Program-made: the position numbers and the translations under genes | Origin: an uncultured Pelagibacteraceae bacterium | Lineage (GTDB): Bacteria > Pseudomonadota > Alphaproteobacteria > Pelagibacterales > Pelagibacteraceae | Length of the DNA stretch: 64,000 bases | Assembly: GCA_902634485.1 (NCBI GenBank) | Contig: CACPKA010000007.1 | Location: 13-64,012, forward strand | Reading direction: 5' to 3' | The notes under the pieces: model-generated | The model's input: only the letters and a program-made list of their open reading frames with translations | Database searches by the model: none | What the model was told of the DNA's origin: nothing | Shown here: piece by piece, positions 62,518 through 64,000 of the stretch | How positions within the stretch are numbered: the stretch's first letter is position 1 | Layout: every line of letters begins with the position of its first letter

Positions 62518-63417
62518 ATGGAATTATACTTAAAACTTTTTGAAGTATTATCTCCAGTTTTTTTTATTGTAGGAATAGGATATTTCCTTGGTAAACAGAA
62601 GACTGATATTGATACTTCCTTTATAACAAATTATTCTGCTAATTTTGGTGCACCAGCACTATTCATATTTGCTATTACATCATCTGGTGTAACTTATAGT
62701 GTTTTTTCAGAATATTTTATTTATTCGATAATTGCCCTTTTTTGCTTCGCTATAGTAGGAATGATTTTTCTATTTTTCATGAAAAAAGACATTTCGAGGG
62801 AATTACCTCCTTTTTTCCTTCCAAACACTGGCAATATGGGAATACCAATTTGTTTATTTGCATATGGCTCCTTAGGAATGGGTGTTGCTGCTGCTATATC
62901 TTCTTTAGTTGTATTATTACATTTTACTGCAAATATTTTTTTGGCTAGTAAAAAATTTGATATTAAAATTATTTTAAAAAGCCCATCTACATATGCTGTA
63001 ATAATAGCTGTAGCTTTTTTATATTTTGATCTTCAAATGCCTAAATTTGTCCTAAATACAGTGATGCTGTTAGGATATGCCATGATAGTTTTGATATTAA
63101 TGTCTTTAGGTGTTTCATTAACACAAATGAAGGTTTTTTCTTTCAAAACTTCTTTAATATCATCAACTGGAAGAGTAATTGTTGGCCCAATTATAGGCTT
63201 TTCTATAATTAAATTTTTTGATTTGTCAGGTTATGCTGCTGGGGTATTATTAATTCAATCATCAATGCCAAGTGCTATATTAACTTATTTAATTGCCTCA
63301 ATGTATTCGCCTAAAAAAATTGTAGACAATATATCTAGTATGATTGTTGTATCAACATTAATGTCTTTAATTACAATTCCAATTATTGTTTTTATTTCTT
63401 TAAAATACTTTCCTTAA
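62518..63417 (+). CDS. AEC (auxin efflux carrier)-family transporter
   Basis: PALF, PNTGNMGIP, QSSMPSA; about 10 TM. Confidence 0.88.
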   Translation: MELYLKLFEVLSPVFFIVGIGYFLGKQKTDIDTSFITNYSANFGAPALFIFAITSSGVTYSVFSEYFIYSIIALFCFAIVGMIFLFFMKKDISRELPPFFLPNTGNMGIPICLFAYGSLGMGVAAAISSLVVLLHFTANIFLASKKFDIKIILKSPSTYAVIIAVAFLYFDLQMPKFVLNTVMLLGYAMIVLILMSLGVSLTQMKVFSFKTSLISSTGRVIVGPIIGFSIIKFFDLSGYAAGVLLIQSSMPSAILTYLIASMYSPKKIVDNISSMIVVSTLMSLITIPIIVFISLKYFP

Positions 63418-64000
63418 TGAAAGCCATAATTCTTAATTTATCGGCATGGGTAATGTTGCCTATTATGGATGGTTTTGCTAAATATTTAAGCTCAACTATA
63501 CCAGTATTACAAATTACCTGGTCTAGATATTTTTTTACTGTCATTATTGTGCTACCAGTTATGCTAGTTTTTTTTAGAAAAAATTTTAAATGGACAGAAC
63601 AACCAAAACTTCAATTGTTGAGAGGTCTGTTGTTATTCTGTGCTAATATTTTATTTTTTTATTCTATTTCGATTATTTCTTTAGCTAAAGCTCTTACATT
63701 GGCCTTTATAGCTCCCTTAATAGTTACGATTCTATCTCCTATTATATTGGGTGAGAATGTTGGTTTTAGAAGATGGGCAGCTGTAATTACTGGTTTTGTT
63801 GGGTCAATAATTGTCCTTAGACCAGGATTTGTAGAAATAAATATTGCCAGTATCTCAGCGCTGGGAACAGGCTTTCTATATGGAATTTATCTTATAGTAA
63901 CGAGAAAATTGCATAATTCTGACCATCCGCTTTTAACACTTTTATTAACTGGCGTAGTAGGGGCTTTTATCGGATCTATTATTATGCCTGTAGTATGGGT
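63417..64000 (+). CDS. DMT/EamA-family transporter, 5' part (runs off window)
   Basis: Hand translation MKAIILNLSAWVMLPIMDGFAKYLS...QITWSRY...AFIAPLIVTILSPIILGENVGFRRWAAVITGFVGSIIVLRPG; TAATG coupling to the AEC gene. Confidence 0.88.
   Translation, partial: MKAIILNLSAWVMLPIMDGFAKYLSSTIPVLQITWSRYFFTVIIVLPVMLVFFRKNFKWTEQPKLQLLRGLLLFCANILFFYSISIISLAKALTLAFIAPLIVTILSPIILGENVGFRRWAAVITGFVGSIIVLRPGFVEINIASISALGTGFLYGIYLIVTRKLHNSDHPLLTLLLTGVVGAFIGSIIMPVVW

Noticed and set aside
1711-62948. Many antisense or alternate-frame ORFs in the track (e.g. 1711-2016, 2843-3154, 5094-5435, 16775-17119, 34781-35197, 39105-39521, 48481-48825, 62081-62287)
   Set aside because: They lie within well-supported genes, are Phe/Leu/Ile/Ser-rich mirror translations of Lys-rich sense codons, and show no recognisable motifs
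1-64000. Mobile elements, prophage, CRISPR or defence systems
   Set aside because: No integrase, transposase, cas or restriction-type gene, no spaced direct repeats, and no intergenic gap longer than about 120 nt

Overview
A very AT-rich, almost gap-free core-genome segment of a streamlined marine alphaproteobacterium. Gene content, gene order and protein style point to Candidatus Pelagibacter / SAR11 (inference). The window holds, in order: the end of the S10-spc-alpha ribosomal superoperon (rpsC to rplQ), rluC, lipB, mgtE, panC, galU-ugd, topA-plsY-pyrC'-pyrB-yqgF, gatCAB followed by an O-methyltransferase, trhO and a MATE transporter, sarcosine oxidase soxBDAG, tRNA-Ser(GCU), slt, dapA-smpB-folK-rel-pyrE-pdxJ-acpS-lepB-rnc-recO, hemB, an uncharacterised 2OG-Fe(II) oxygenase, rpiB-glyA-nrdR-rib genes-nusB-thiL, hppA, bamE, a cbp3-like gene, rpmF-plsX-ihfA-merR-rpmG, a chorismate-mutase-family gene, ctaA, metY, rplM-rpsI, argC, hom and two transporters. 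I see no mobile element, prophage, CRISPR array or defence system; the region is mostly ordinary housekeeping DNA. The best lead is a TrmR-like O-methyltransferase translationally coupled to the tRNA U34 hydroxylase TrhO behind gatCAB, a candidate ho5U-to-mo5U wobble pathway in a Gram-negative lineage. Other points: an orphan beta-hydroxylase-like oxygenase, metY apparently lacking its SAM-V riboswitch, many apparently leaderless promoters, convergent gene ends with no room for terminators, two divergent start codons 1 nt apart, and several degenerate or trimmed enzymes (PyrC', RibBX, short Rel). All calls come from reading motifs by eye; no searches were run.
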